DNA of 64,000 nt from IMGVR_UViG_3300038463_000730:370689-434688; one strand, 5' to 3'; positions 25,725 through 36,251 are shown, numbered from the stretch's first letter. The notes: generated from the letters alone by a model not told the origin. Translations and numbers: made by a program.

Positions 25725-26072
25725 TCATAACCGAGCTGCATTCGTCGGAGTATCGAAGGTGAGGTCACGTAGGTGCATCACCCACCTGCGCCCCTTTGGA
25801 GAAAGCTCAACGATACCGATCTCCGTCACGCCATGTTTGATCAGAAACTCTTTAGCTCGCGGCAACTCGGCCAATGCAGCATCGAGGGTATGATAGGTAA
25901 TGAACTCCTCGACGTAGTCATAGCGAGGACCATACGCCCAGACTCCGTCATAGGCAATGACGTACTGAACTTCGTTCGATGTCTTTGGAAAAATGGCATC
26001 AGAACAAAAATCATCCTCCCACTTCCGATCTGTCTCCCAAGCACGTCTCAAGTCAAGCATTTCATTTATCAT
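25725..26072 (-). CDS. Hypothetical protein
   Basis: ORF. Confidence 0.55.
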   Translation of the reverse strand: MINEMLDLRRAWETDRKWEDDFCSDAIFPKTSNEVQYVIAYDGVWAYGPRYDYVEEFITYHTLDAALAELPRAKEFLIKHGVTEIGIVELSPKGRRWVMHLRDLTFDTPTNAARL

Positions 26073-26085
26073 TGTTCGGTCCTAG

Positions 26086-26511
26086 TTAATGAAGATTGTT
26101 TCTAGTCTCGTTCCATTCATTTAATTCCTGAAGCGTCATTGCTTGAGGTTTAGCCAAACTAGCAACCACTTCTGGTTGTAGTTTTCGGAATAGAAAGGCG
26201 TAGTAGTAAGCAATGGCCAGGATCCCCAGAATGAAGAAGCCTTTGGCGTAAATCCTAAATCCATCGTCGAAGAAGAACTCTCCCGTCATCCATGTCGCGT
26301 TAGCGGCAATCCACATACAAATTGTAAAGTTATGGTATCGCTCGTGGATATCCGCCCAGTGCCGCCGAAGAATGTCAAATGCCACAATCAACGTCGGAAC
26401 GATCATCGTCATCCCGAGAATGTGAAAGCCGCAACACCAACAGAAATCCTTTAGGATCCATAATCCAATGTGAGCGTTTTCATAAGCCCGTTGATTAGGA
26501 AAGAGTTTCAT
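26086..26511 (-). CDS. Multi-pass membrane protein
   Basis: ENAHIGLWILKDFCW; about 4 TM. Confidence 0.7.
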   Translation of the reverse strand: MKLFPNQRAYENAHIGLWILKDFCWCCGFHILGMTMIVPTLIVAFDILRRHWADIHERYHNFTICMWIAANATWMTGEFFFDDGFRIYAKGFFILGILAIAYYYAFLFRKLQPEVVASLAKPQAMTLQELNEWNETRNNLH

Positions 26512-26951
26512 TTTAGCAGATTGAACCTTTTCTTTGCTTTACGTCGGAGCTGCGTCGCTCCACAACTACAACTATCAATTTCTCCATTAGGAACGCTATG
26601 ACAAGCCCAATCATAGATGTCACATTGGGTATCGTGTGGATACTTCTTGATCAACATCTTGCTGATCTTCATTTCAACCGGGGTTTGTTTCCGCTTAGTG
26701 CTCGGCGTCAACATCCAAGTTTTCATATCGTCTTCGAGATTATACCCAAAATGTTCACGTTCAAAATGATGAGCAGCAGGAGTTCCCCATGTCTCGCGAA
26801 GCTCTCTGGCATAATCCATTGCCAATTTCTTTGTTCTTAAATAGGCAACCGGAGGCCCGTAGTGTACCGATAGATACCCACGGCCTCCGGCTACCACATA
26901 CCAGTCACCATCAATCCAGCATCGCAATACTGTCCAGACAGGGTGACTCAC
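26508..26951 (-). CDS. Hypothetical protein
   Basis: ORF, H..C..CSCGA motif. Confidence 0.5.
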   Translation of the reverse strand: MSHPVWTVLRCWIDGDWYVVAGGRGYLSVHYGPPVAYLRTKKLAMDYARELRETWGTPAAHHFEREHFGYNLEDDMKTWMLTPSTKRKQTPVEMKISKMLIKKYPHDTQCDIYDWACHSVPNGEIDSCSCGATQLRRKAKKRFNLLK

Positions 26952-26957
26952 TGAGCA

Positions 26958-28178
26958 CTACTTCGTCGGGCTAGGATTGACGTTCAGTTGGCGAGCTGAT
27001 TGAATTGCGTACATTTCCAACATCTGCTTCATTGGATCTGCACCAACACCGTTGCTGCCACCACCAACAACAACATCAGGCGTTTGACGCTGCTTGCTCA
27101 ACGCATCAGCCATGGCTTGCTGTGCTTTCAACCAGTAATCCAATTTGAGTGCAAGCTGCCCGTCTGCACTCATAACGAGCTTCTTTGCCTCGGCCTGACC
27201 TTGCGCTGTCGTAATGTCGTTCTCCTTGTCGAGCTTTGCTGTTTCAAGTTCGAGCTTGGCGACTTCGACCTTCTGTTGGGCCTCCGTAACCGCCTTCGCC
27301 TTGATTACGTCCTGCTCGCCCTTTGACTTGGCAATCTCGGCTTCGTACTGTTTGGCAACCGTGATTGCGTTCTGCTCGGCCTTCTTTGCGTCAACCATGG
27401 CTTGCTGAACGGCATTGACCGCGGCTTGCTGGTTCTTGATCTGCTCCTCGACAGCCGGATCGTAATCAACTCCGTTGATCGTAATGTTGTATGCCGTGAC
27501 ACCGAAACGATCGATCGGGCTCTCCTCTTCACGAAGAATACCGTTCGGTCCCTCGCCAAGTTTCGGCTCCGTGATATCGACTGTCTTCTCCTGGCCCGAG
27601 ACCGGATCGACTGTCTTGATCGGCTTTCGATCGGTTTTGTAAACGCCCTTCATGATCTGATCCTGAATGAAGTTGATCAGATCGGCACGCTTCTCGGCAT
27701 ACGATTCACGCGAGGACATGAGCGGGCCGGTCATGAAGACCGACTTGTTCACAACCTGGCGAATCAACTCGTGATCGATCGCTTGCATTGACCCGTATGT
27801 TGAGTGCAGAGCAAGCATCTTCGCCGGGTCCAACGGAAGGTTGTACCGGAGTGAGCCCGAAACATTCCCGTGCCCTCCGTCATTGAAACGGACCTTGATG
27901 CTGTCGTCCGTATCTTTGCCCTCATCTTTATGGGCGCTGAACCAGTATTGCGCTGATTTCTTGTAGCGTGTGACGTGACCGTTCCAGAGCATGTGAACGC
28001 CCGGATCACCCCAAACCTGAAGCTGTCCATCCATTGCATTCTGCTTGACTACGATCTCATCTGCTCCAACCGTTGTGAACGAGCTGAAGACGAAGAAACA
28101 GCAGAAGATGATTCCTACGACGACCACAACAATCTTGACTCCAAGCTTAACCAAATCCGCATCCGATTTGTCTGACAT
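26958..28178 (-). CDS. SPFH/Band-7 family membrane protein
   Basis: N-terminal TM, SPFH-like core, AE/AK-rich coiled coil. Confidence 0.8.
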   Translation of the reverse strand: MSDKSDADLVKLGVKIVVVVVGIIFCCFFVFSSFTTVGADEIVVKQNAMDGQLQVWGDPGVHMLWNGHVTRYKKSAQYWFSAHKDEGKDTDDSIKVRFNDGGHGNVSGSLRYNLPLDPAKMLALHSTYGSMQAIDHELIRQVVNKSVFMTGPLMSSRESYAEKRADLINFIQDQIMKGVYKTDRKPIKTVDPVSGQEKTVDITEPKLGEGPNGILREEESPIDRFGVTAYNITINGVDYDPAVEEQIKNQQAAVNAVQQAMVDAKKAEQNAITVAKQYEAEIAKSKGEQDVIKAKAVTEAQQKVEVAKLELETAKLDKENDITTAQGQAEAKKLVMSADGQLALKLDYWLKAQQAMADALSKQRQTPDVVVGGGSNGVGADPMKQMLEMYAIQSARQLNVNPSPTK

Positions 28179-28181
28179 GAC

Positions 28182-28487
28182 CTATTTCACTCTCTTGTTC
28201 GAGTTCGCTGGGAACTCTGTATCTAATTCGTTGAGTGCTTCGTCGTATAGTTTGTTATAGTTCTTTTCAGCCTCCTTATTCAGGCGGTCAGCTTCAAGCT
28301 CCGCTTCGGATAGTCGGACTCGTTTCCTCGCTTCTGCGATCACTTCAGCAGCAGGATCTTTTGGCTTCAACTTATTCCACAGTACAGTGAAGAATTTGAC
28401 GCCAAGTATTACGACTAATCCTCCTCCGCCAAAAAGCAGGATTGCAGCTAAGAGTTCTTCAAAAGCGGGCATTGTTTTTTGACTCAC
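28182..28487 (-). CDS. Single-TM protein
   Basis: N-terminal TM plus coiled coil. Confidence 0.6.
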   Translation of the reverse strand: MSQKTMPAFEELLAAILLFGGGGLVVILGVKFFTVLWNKLKPKDPAAEVIAEARKRVRLSEAELEADRLNKEAEKNYNKLYDEALNELDTEFPANSNKRVK

Positions 28488-29659
28488 GGTTTAGCGAGAT
28501 TGTATCCTTCACCAACTAGCTTGACTTGCATCCGGCTATCCAAGCGAGGTTCATAACGTTCTTTGACCGTGTTGAGAACCCAGCCTTCGCGAAGGTGCTT
28601 ACCGCCAATCGTGGTCATACCTTCTGCCAACGGATACATCTCCTCCTTACCGAGCCACGGTCCCCGATAAAGCTCGGGCACCGGATCCAACCCGGCAGCC
28701 CGTATCATAGCGACCTTGTCGTCGTAATCCAAGTAACGTTTCGTGGATTCGTTGAAGACGTCAAAGACGAACAACTTCGTTTGCAAAGCTCCGTTCAAGA
28801 CAGTTGCTTCGTAACGAAATCCTTTGACTTGTCCTACAACTTCTCCGAAGAAGACCATCATCGGAAATTGCTGGAGTTTGTTTTCCAGATCGTAACGAAT
28901 CGCTATGTCCCACCACATATCGTCTTCGTCACGCTTCTTGTAGTAATTCCTGCTCTTAACCCAGAGCTGGGTACCGTCATGGCAAAAAGCTGCGTTCGAA
29001 CCATGAAGCTTTTCCGTGAGGACAACCTCTTCTTTCTCCTGAAGACAGAGAAGGTATTTCCTCACGCCATCGATGTCGTAGTGCGGGATAGTCCAGCCTT
29101 TTGGCGGCGAAGCTTGATTCGCACCTTTGGTCTTCTTCGCACCAGGAAGATTATCCTCTTCCTCTTCTTCGTGTTTCTTTAGCCAGAGCGCGTCAACGAT
29201 CTGATCACCAACGCTCCATGGAACATTAATGGTCTCGGCAGAGAGGCTTGCCAATCCTTCTGGCGGCAAGACACTTTGTTTCAGAATTGACTTCGCCGGA
29301 AGCAAAGTCAGCGGCATCAACATTCCTTGGGAATAAGTCCCACGAATGCGCTTCGCCTTGATGACCCGGTATTTTTCCGGGACCGATCCAACGGTATACT
29401 TAGGACCCAAACGGCGAGTCTTTAGCTCACCATTCTCCTCGTATTTCTCGTGGATGGCGGGACAAAGAAAGTAGAACGGATCCGTATCCGGAACGATCGA
29501 ATCGATCGGAATATAGCAAACCAGATCCCCAACTCGGTACTCGTCCCGCTTAACGATGACGGGGTAGTCCGTGAGAACGGTAGCAATATCCAGAACATCC
29601 GCATCAGGATGCTTACGGATCGACTCGATCACAACGACCTGAGGTTGCCAGTCAGACAT
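28484..29659 (-). CDS. RNA ligase, Rnl2/DRB0094 family
   Basis: N-terminal HPDAD..GDLVCYIPIDS module; motif I EKLHG; FGE, FVFD, REGWV, K motifs. Confidence 0.9.
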   Translation of the reverse strand: MSDWQPQVVVIESIRKHPDADVLDIATVLTDYPVIVKRDEYRVGDLVCYIPIDSIVPDTDPFYFLCPAIHEKYEENGELKTRRLGPKYTVGSVPEKYRVIKAKRIRGTYSQGMLMPLTLLPAKSILKQSVLPPEGLASLSAETINVPWSVGDQIVDALWLKKHEEEEEDNLPGAKKTKGANQASPPKGWTIPHYDIDGVRKYLLCLQEKEEVVLTEKLHGSNAAFCHDGTQLWVKSRNYYKKRDEDDMWWDIAIRYDLENKLQQFPMMVFFGEVVGQVKGFRYEATVLNGALQTKLFVFDVFNESTKRYLDYDDKVAMIRAAGLDPVPELYRGPWLGKEEMYPLAEGMTTIGGKHLREGWVLNTVKERYEPRLDSRMQVKLVGEGYNLAKP

Positions 29660-30051
29660 GCCCCGGAGGGCATGGTCACTTTACTGAACTCGACATCTGG
29701 AAGGGTTCAGAGGATTTCCGTCACCTTGATATCGATTTGGATTTGATATTTACCCTGCTGGTACTTCGATGAAAGATGATGTTCTCTGTTGAAAACTTTC
29801 TCATCGTTCCCTAGCACACTTACTTCCATTTCCGGCTCAATCCATTTGTGAAGACCGCGGCCCCAAGTCTTCAGCAATCGAACTAGATCTGAAATCGGAT
29901 CATTTTCCGCGGATGACCGGCTTAACTCGTTTTTTGATCGTTGAGACGTAGACTTCGATGTCACGAGAACCCCTCTTTCGAATCTTGTACTGCTGGCCCG
30001 GAAACTTCACCGCATTCGTATCAAACTGATTTTGCATTCTTTGTTCTGAAT

Positions 30052-30399
30052 TTAGAGGAACGTCACGAGGCGATTGAATTCGGTAGAGATTTGTAGCGAT
30101 AGCACATCGAGTTCATCAGACGTCATTGACTTCGACTTCAAGTCCAGTGTGAAGACGCAGCTTTGGGATTGACGTCGGTTTTGGCTTATGTTGATGCAGA
30201 ACGGCCAAACGTACGTGTCACCGAAATCATTGCAGTGATTCTTGCGCGATTCCAAGATGAGTTGGTTCGCTATCTCTTTCGGCGAGCCACCGTAGAGCCC
30301 ATTCGCAATTACGTACCCTGCTTCACATTTTTCAATGTAGTACGTTGACGGGCCGTAAAGCCCAGGAGTTACGTAGTACGCGCCAGGAATATTCGCCAT
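30052..30399 (-). CDS. Hypothetical protein
   Basis: ORF with internal GLYG repeat. Confidence 0.55.
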   Translation of the reverse strand: MANIPGAYYVTPGLYGPSTYYIEKCEAGYVIANGLYGGSPKEIANQLILESRKNHCNDFGDTYVWPFCINISQNRRQSQSCVFTLDLKSKSMTSDELDVLSLQISTEFNRLVTFL

Positions 30400-30502
30400 A
30401 CCGCTTCATATATCGAAGCCCCAGCGTTCGTTTTATCAGCGTTAGCGCGGCTCGGCGGCAGCCCGAGACCATGCCACATTCCGAGCTTCTTGCCAAATAG
30501 TT

Positions 30503-31234
30503 TCAGGTCTGAACGATGACGTCGAACATTTTTGTTCGATCATTAGCGTACAAAAGTGTAGCGGCCATCGTTCGATGGTATCCATCAATCACGAAGTATT
30601 TGCCTTTGTATTCGTAATAAATACCAATCGGAATGTCGTAGTTAGCCATTGCTTTGGCGTACGAACCAACGACATCTGTATCGATTCGTTTCGAATAATC
30701 CTGGTTTGGATAGATCAGATCGCCAGGGCTGACTCTTTTTATTACGAAATCATTTGCTTGCTTTACGCGATCAATCAGGAAACCGTATTCGTTCATGAGA
30801 ACGAATTCTATCTGGGCTTTAGACGAAAGATCCCAAATCTTGTTGATTTGTTCACCGAGTAGCGAACTACTACCGCAATCAACCGAATCCAACTCTTCGC
30901 CATAGTATCCCATCGAAACGTTCGGATGCCATCGATCCTCGTCCCAAAGTTTTGCATTGGTTACGAGCCGGTCAATGCAGTAGCCAAGGATCGGATCCTT
31001 CACTCCAGTGCGAATCGATGCAGAAATAGATGGTACGTCAATGCTACTGATTCTAAAGTTAACGATATGACAATTACGATGATAATCGTCAGTATTGCAA
31101 CCTGAACAGTCCTTGTCGTAATCGTAGTTTAGCCCACTCCAATAACGAGTGGAGAGGGCGGCGATAACTTCCCTGCGAAGATCTTTGACTGGCTTCGGCG
31201 GTCTTGCCGTTGGCTTTCGTTTCATCCCGGCCAA
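30503..31234 (-). CDS. Protein with C-terminal ParB/Srx-like domain
   Basis: PIGI..YFVIDGYHR. Confidence 0.65.
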   Translation of the reverse strand: MAGMKRKPTARPPKPVKDLRREVIAALSTRYWSGLNYDYDKDCSGCNTDDYHRNCHIVNFRISSIDVPSISASIRTGVKDPILGYCIDRLVTNAKLWDEDRWHPNVSMGYYGEELDSVDCGSSSLLGEQINKIWDLSSKAQIEFVLMNEYGFLIDRVKQANDFVIKRVSPGDLIYPNQDYSKRIDTDVVGSYAKAMANYDIPIGIYYEYKGKYFVIDGYHRTMAATLLYANDRTKMFDVIVQT

Positions 31235-31266
31235 CAGGGATCGTTACCGATCCTATCGTCACGGCC

Positions 31267-32094
31267 TCAGCTACGCATTTTGTTCAGAACATCAATGAAT
31301 GACTGATCGCCACCCTTCTCTCGAATGTGGCCGATTATCCTGACAATATGTTCGCCAGTCGTTGTCCGGAACGAATCGCGCTTTTGTTTCTGAAACAGTT
31401 CCAACGCTCGCTTATCTTGGAACGACATCAATGCCAGGATTCCGTTGTAGGACGGAACGTAGGTCTTTTCCCTGTCGCTCTCGATAAGCCCGAGAGTAAT
31501 CTCGTAGACTCGATCACGGATCTTTTGAGCTCGGTCCTGGTCATCCCAATACGGGACAGACCAATTGAATGAGCATTGGAGAACGACTTGCTTGACCGTC
31601 AGGTCATCTGTATCGGCCAACGTCAGAAGAAGGTCAGGATTGAAGTCTCCAAGCCAGGCATAAGCTCGGACCACGGCCCAAGCTTCCGGTGCTTTGTCTT
31701 CGACCGTTAGGCGAGCGTAATGAAACAGGATCTCGTTAACCCGTTTGCTTAAAACTGGATCCACCGGTTTCATCAATTCGCACTGAAGAATCAGCTGATA
31801 TGTTTCGTTGCCATACGAAACACCGAGGGATTTCTCCAGTTCTTCAAGCAATAGCTTTTGTCGTTCCGATTCACGCCCGACGTAAGCGAGCCAGCTGATT
31901 TCCCGAAGCTTTGGACTCAGGTGTTTGTAATGCCCGAGCGAAGGGCACATACCGCAAACCGCTGGGTCAGCCTGATCGATCGCTTTGCTGAACTCTTCGA
32001 GAGTGCAGTTCTCTTCTGGAAAATTATTGTGCTCATCAGGCATTAGGCCACCTTGCACATGCCTTTTCCAGGCTTGATTTCGAGCCCGGGGCAT
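31267..32094 (-). CDS. Hypothetical helical protein
   Basis: 275-aa ORF. Confidence 0.65.
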   Translation of the reverse strand: MPRARNQAWKRHVQGGLMPDEHNNFPEENCTLEEFSKAIDQADPAVCGMCPSLGHYKHLSPKLREISWLAYVGRESERQKLLLEELEKSLGVSYGNETYQLILQCELMKPVDPVLSKRVNEILFHYARLTVEDKAPEAWAVVRAYAWLGDFNPDLLLTLADTDDLTVKQVVLQCSFNWSVPYWDDQDRAQKIRDRVYEITLGLIESDREKTYVPSYNGILALMSFQDKRALELFQKQKRDSFRTTTGEHIVRIIGHIREKGGDQSFIDVLNKMRS

Positions 32095-32294
32095 TGGTCA
32101 AGGAAGACCTTGACGATTGGGTAAACTTGACCGTAATCCATCGTCACTCCAGCCTTTTTGATGGCGTTCGTGATCAGGTCGCGAACCGTTGACTTGTCGC
32201 CAACCTTCATGGCCTCGACTTCATCGGCGGCTGCCTGGACGAGTTTCGTGATGACTTCCAATGACTTCTGAAGGTGTTCGGCTCTGGTGCTCAT
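32043..32294 (-). CDS. Small probable DNA-binding protein (related to 61831..62304)
   Basis: QVYPIVKVFL..PGLEIKPGKG. Confidence 0.6.
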   Translation of the reverse strand: MSTRAEHLQKSLEVITKLVQAAADEVEAMKVGDKSTVRDLITNAIKKAGVTMDYGQVYPIVKVFLDQCPGLEIKPGKGMCKVA

Positions 32295-32301
32295 AGCTCA
32301 C

Positions 32302-32330
32302 ATCCTAAGTCAAGTGGTCCAATGTGTCAA
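32302..32330 (-). promoter_or_regulatory. Sigma70-type promoter, probably giving a leaderless mRNA
   Basis: TTGACA-17-TAGGAT, 7 nt before the ATG at 32294. Confidence 0.7.
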
Positions 32331-32401
32331 GCCTTTTCGCCCACCTCGCAAACCCCAAAACATTTACGAGAATGAGCGAAAAGATCTGGACTGACACCGG
32401 C

Positions 32402-32602
32402 TTACTCTAAGACGCGATACTTAGTATTCCGTATCAGTAGTAAGTAAATAGTAATGATCTCTTTCGAATCTAAATCATACTTGATATGTTTCAAGCGCCA
32501 ACCTTTCTTGGCATACTTGTTTAGTTCTTCGTTAATATACCTACTGATCCGGTCCTGTCCATATGACGCGGATATGCTACAGTGATGATACTCGTAGGCC
32601 AT
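32402..32602 (-). CDS. DUF4177-like small protein
   Basis: YEY..ELNKYAKKGWRL. Confidence 0.6.
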   Translation of the reverse strand: MAYEYHHCSISASYGQDRISRYINEELNKYAKKGWRLKHIKYDLDSKEIITIYLLLIRNTKYRVLE

Positions 32603-33309
32603 TACCGCTTGTGACTAAAGGTCACATTCAAATTCGCCACGACCTCGGCTTCACCCGCCTCGATCTTAATCGGCGACCCTCCACCCAAGGTTTTTGCCAT
32701 CGGCGCCGCTTGAGCCATTGCGTATCCACGAGACTCGGCATGATCACGACGACGACCCTGCGACTCATCGTAACGAACGCTCCAAGCCGAAACCTCGTAG
32801 TTCTGATGAACCTTCCCCAGAACATCACACTCATTCGCGAAACGAACCGAGGCACGAGCAAAAGCATTCTTCAACGCTTCCTTATGCAAACCGTCGAGGT
32901 TGCGGACCTTGAACTCCGGCTCTTCAACCGCAAGCCCATCGATCGGCAACGATGACAACCGGTCATGCGCCACGCTGACCAAATCAACGTTCGTCACGGT
33001 GAAGTTAAGAGTGTAGGTCGCGGTATATCCACGAGTCTCCTGCTTCTCTTTCTTATCGTTCCAAACGCGATTCGGAGCCGTACGTGTTCCGCCCTTGCGA
33101 GTCTCGGCCTCAATCTTCACACCATCCTTCTCAGTCAGGACACGAATCATTTCATCGAGAGCATGAACGGCCTTGCCAAGCTTCTCCTTGGCTTCCGGAC
33201 CTGTCTTGCCTTCCGACTGCACCACGACAGTAAACTGGGCAAGATCGTAATCCGCCAACGCAACACCAGCAACGTTCACATTTGTAACGATCGAATTGTG
33301 ATCACTCAT
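32602..33309 (-). CDS. SIMPL-domain protein
   Basis: VNVAG..DYDLA, GYTATYTL, PEFKV, EALKNAFARA, IEAGE..VVANLNVTF. Confidence 0.8.
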   Translation of the reverse strand: MSDHNSIVTNVNVAGVALADYDLAQFTVVVQSEGKTGPEAKEKLGKAVHALDEMIRVLTEKDGVKIEAETRKGGTRTAPNRVWNDKKEKQETRGYTATYTLNFTVTNVDLVSVAHDRLSSLPIDGLAVEEPEFKVRNLDGLHKEALKNAFARASVRFANECDVLGKVHQNYEVSAWSVRYDESQGRRRDHAESRGYAMAQAAPMAKTLGGGSPIKIEAGEAEVVANLNVTFSHKR

Positions 33310-33332
33310 TGATAATCTCCTGATGTATCTAA

Positions 33333-33821
33333 CTAAAGAAAAGCTCTGAATTTTTCATGAGTAACCAAGTCTTTTGGTTTGATACCAAAAGCCCTGATTA
33401 TGTCTAGTAGCACGTCTTTGATATTGTTGTTCGCATCTCGACTCGACTCCTCGTTGAACTCCGTTCCCATTCCTCCGTTCTGTTCTTCCCCGGATAAACA
33501 TGAGACAGCAAAAGCTAACCGTTGGTGAAGGCGAGCAATACGGTTGGATGAATAATGCCCACCACCACAAAACAGTTTGTCCTTAGCGAACTCATTCACC
33601 TTGCAATATCGACTCTTCCGAATCGAATAATACAGTTCTCTATCTGCGCCAGCTGCTTCAATCAGCGGCGCCGTTAATACTGCTTGTGTTGATCCATAAC
33701 CTAATAGATCGGTCGAACCCAAATCTTCTTCGACGTAATTGGAATACAAACACTTAAGAAGGAAAATAATTTGGTCCACTCGAAAATGACGTTGCAAGTC
33801 TTCTTTGATTGTCTTCATCAT
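33333..33821 (-). CDS. Hypothetical protein
   Basis: ORF. Confidence 0.6.
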   Translation of the reverse strand: MMKTIKEDLQRHFRVDQIIFLLKCLYSNYVEEDLGSTDLLGYGSTQAVLTAPLIEAAGADRELYYSIRKSRYCKVNEFAKDKLFCGGGHYSSNRIARLHQRLAFAVSCLSGEEQNGGMGTEFNEESSRDANNNIKDVLLDIIRAFGIKPKDLVTHEKFRAFL

Positions 33822-34390
33822 TTTAGATAGCCTTCCAACAGCATTGCCACGACGAAGCCATGCCCCATCGACCTATGAGGATTGTTGATCACGTCCTCGT
33901 ATGATAGGTTCAATTCCTTATGATTGTACCCATCGAAGTCCCACAGATAGACATCATGTTTCTCTGCGACAGATTGTAATTTAGCAAAAGCCGCAGACTT
34001 CTTCACCGCACCAGCATAGAGCGGCATGTAGATCTTCTTGCGGGCTTCGATGTAAGATAGCCGTTCGCCAGCCCAATAAGCGCAGAGCGGAACGGCCTCT
34101 CGATCCATCGGACGACGAACGGCTCGCGGATTATTCCAACCATCACGGGCCCATTTGAAATACCGTTCGCCGATACTCCCGTCGCTTTCGGCGTAGTACT
34201 CGTAGAACTTGGAGTATTGCCAAGCGTTCTCGACGTTCTTCGCAACGTAACCATCGTACAACTCAACCGGGCCCAAAACAAAAGGGCTCAATCCTCGACT
34301 CCAATTGGAGGAGCGCGAAGTCGTGTTGATGATCAGTGCGTCGTTCGGTACGCTATAGTTCGGACCAATTACGTACACATTAGTCGTCAT
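33818..34390 (-). CDS. Conserved protein (DUF6939-like)
   Basis: NTTSRS..LSPF..VENAWQYSK; start reassigned. Confidence 0.55.
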   Translation of the reverse strand: MTTNVYVIGPNYSVPNDALIINTTSRSSNWSRGLSPFVLGPVELYDGYVAKNVENAWQYSKFYEYYAESDGSIGERYFKWARDGWNNPRAVRRPMDREAVPLCAYWAGERLSYIEARKKIYMPLYAGAVKKSAAFAKLQSVAEKHDVYLWDFDGYNHKELNLSYEDVINNPHRSMGHGFVVAMLLEGYLK

Positions 34391-35192
34391 AGTCTTCTCC
34401 CCAATCGCTTTCCTCGAAGGCATCTTCGAGAGCTTTGGAGAGGGCGCCAGTATCGATCGTGTCGCTAACATCCACCGTGCGACGAAGCTGTCTCGTCTTG
34501 GTTTTCATCGAGTCGATATGAATGTCTTTGCCGAGACTCTCTCCAATGAAGAAAGCCATGATGTCGATCGGCTTCTCGTCATTCGACTTCGTTGGGATCT
34601 TCTTGTCGATCGCTGGCGGCTTGATTGGCGCCTTCTCAACCGGTGCCAATACATCAGACTTCACTTCGGGTTGAACCGGCGCATGACGCACGGTTCCCGT
34701 AATAGCAAAGTCTTCGTACTCAATGTTATCACGAACGCCTTTGATAAGGCCTTCGCAAAAAGAATCTCGATAGACCTTCCCTCTGTTCGGGGCGCATTTC
34801 GTTTTGATAACATTATCTATCTCGCCATAGACATACTTAAACAATTCCTTCGAAATCACTACGTCCTCTGGATCTCCATAGACATAGTATTTGAAGACCT
34901 GCTCGCCTGTCGTGGCAATGTTATCTTCTTGAATTGCGTAGCAATCGTATTTCTTGGTGACAATCAACGCGAGGAGCTTTTTCCAGTCCTCTAGCGTCGA
35001 TGACTCGTGCAATAAGTTATCATCTGTGTAGATCGGTTTGTCACTACCCTCGATCTCCGACAACTGGCTATCAGTTACATTGAACTTTGCAATAAGCCTC
35101 TGAGCCATCGCTGCGGCAGCAGCGGCCTCGTTCTCATTCGGGGACTTTGCTAGATTCAGTAAGAACTTGATTTTCTGGAGATGGGGTTCCAT
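34380..35192 (-). CDS. DUF2786-domain protein
   Basis: KIKFLLNLAKSPNENEAAAAAAMAQRLIAK. Confidence 0.8.
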   Translation of the reverse strand: MEPHLQKIKFLLNLAKSPNENEAAAAAAMAQRLIAKFNVTDSQLSEIEGSDKPIYTDDNLLHESSTLEDWKKLLALIVTKKYDCYAIQEDNIATTGEQVFKYYVYGDPEDVVISKELFKYVYGEIDNVIKTKCAPNRGKVYRDSFCEGLIKGVRDNIEYEDFAITGTVRHAPVQPEVKSDVLAPVEKAPIKPPAIDKKIPTKSNDEKPIDIMAFFIGESLGKDIHIDSMKTKTRQLRRTVDVSDTIDTGALSKALEDAFEESDWGEDYDD

Positions 35193-35211
35193 ATCCCATC
35201 TATATCAAGAT

Positions 35212-35496
35212 CTAGTCGTTGTCTTCGCCCTCTTCACCATCTATCTTGTAATCATGCCATCGGTCTTTCTTATAATTCCAATGCCGATGATCCGAAATAT
35301 TCACGTTGATCCAAAATAGTTTGAATATCGAGAACGTAAAATCCGGACCGGCATGATCGCGCTTCCTTGTCCAAGCCAAGGACAACTCGAAGAACTCGTT
35401 GGCAAAGTTGTCACCTTTTTCAAACTGCCATTCCAACGTCTTGTGCTCCGAGACTTGGATCGCTCCTTGTCTCAAGTTAGCGTGATAGAATTTCAT
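35212..35496 (-). CDS. Hypothetical protein
   Basis: ORF. Confidence 0.6.
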   Translation of the reverse strand: MKFYHANLRQGAIQVSEHKTLEWQFEKGDNFANEFFELSLAWTRKRDHAGPDFTFSIFKLFWINVNISDHRHWNYKKDRWHDYKIDGEEGEDND

Positions 35497-35678
35497 TTGC
35501 CCTCACGGCGCCTACTTACTTCTTCGATCTGCCCTTCGATATCCATTTCGGTCAGCAGTTCGAATAGTTCGTCAGTATGCATCTCCACTGTTTTCTTCGG
35601 CGGTGGTTGAGAACTTGCTCGACGAAGACGATTGACTTCGGCAACCGGCATTTCTTTCGTAATGCGACGCTTATTCAA
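35493..35678 (-). CDS. Hypothetical protein
   Basis: ORF with overlapping start/stop. Confidence 0.5.
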   Translation of the reverse strand: MNKRRITKEMPVAEVNRLRRASSQPPPKKTVEMHTDELFELLTEMDIEGQIEEVSRRREGK

Positions 35679-36082
35679 CTTGACTTCCTTTTCGCATATT
35701 CAATAGCATCGGTCCAACCTTCCGGACTCGCCGGAAATCGAGCGGCCGGGCTCGGAGCTTCCTTTACAAACTTCTGTTTCGGATCCCGAAAGTGTGGATC
35801 AATCCGACGCCAGCGGATGACATCAGCCTCGGTCACGTTGAGAAAGACCATCACCTTGTTCCCTTCGTAAGAACATTTGGTACAGTTTGGATACTGTACC
35901 TTCATCACAAGGTGCTGGTTAATCCGTACGAAATCAACTATCTCGTACTTGTCCGCATCCGGTGTTCGCGCTTCCACTTCTTTCCTTGTTCGCTCCGAAG
36001 CCTCGTATTCGTACTGCCGCTGCGCCACATTACTAGGATGTGATGAGCAATTCGGATCACCTGGAGCATGTCTGCAAGTCAT
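35675..36082 (-). CDS. Hypothetical protein
   Basis: IDPHF..SPAARFP motif. Confidence 0.65.
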   Translation of the reverse strand: MTCRHAPGDPNCSSHPSNVAQRQYEYEASERTRKEVEARTPDADKYEIVDFVRINQHLVMKVQYPNCTKCSYEGNKVMVFLNVTEADVIRWRRIDPHFRDPKQKFVKEAPSPAARFPASPEGWTDAIEYAKRKSS

Positions 36083-36243
36083 TCGTCAGTCTCGTTGGGC
36101 TTCTCTGTCTCGACCCGCTTCCGCCTCGAAGCGGTGAAGCGCTTTAGCTCCTCCAATCCCCACTGGACCAGGCCCGTTGCCAATGTTGTAAGCATCGCGA
36201 TGGCTAAAACTTTGCGCGTTTCTCGATCGAAATTGGTTTGCAT
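36079..36243 (-). CDS. Small membrane protein (not in ORF track)
   Basis: MQTNFDRETRKVLAIAMLTTLATGLVQWG..; ATGA overlap. Confidence 0.55.
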   Translation of the reverse strand: MQTNFDRETRKVLAIAMLTTLATGLVQWGLEELKRFTASRRKRVETEKPNETDE

Positions 36244-36251
36244 CACTTATC

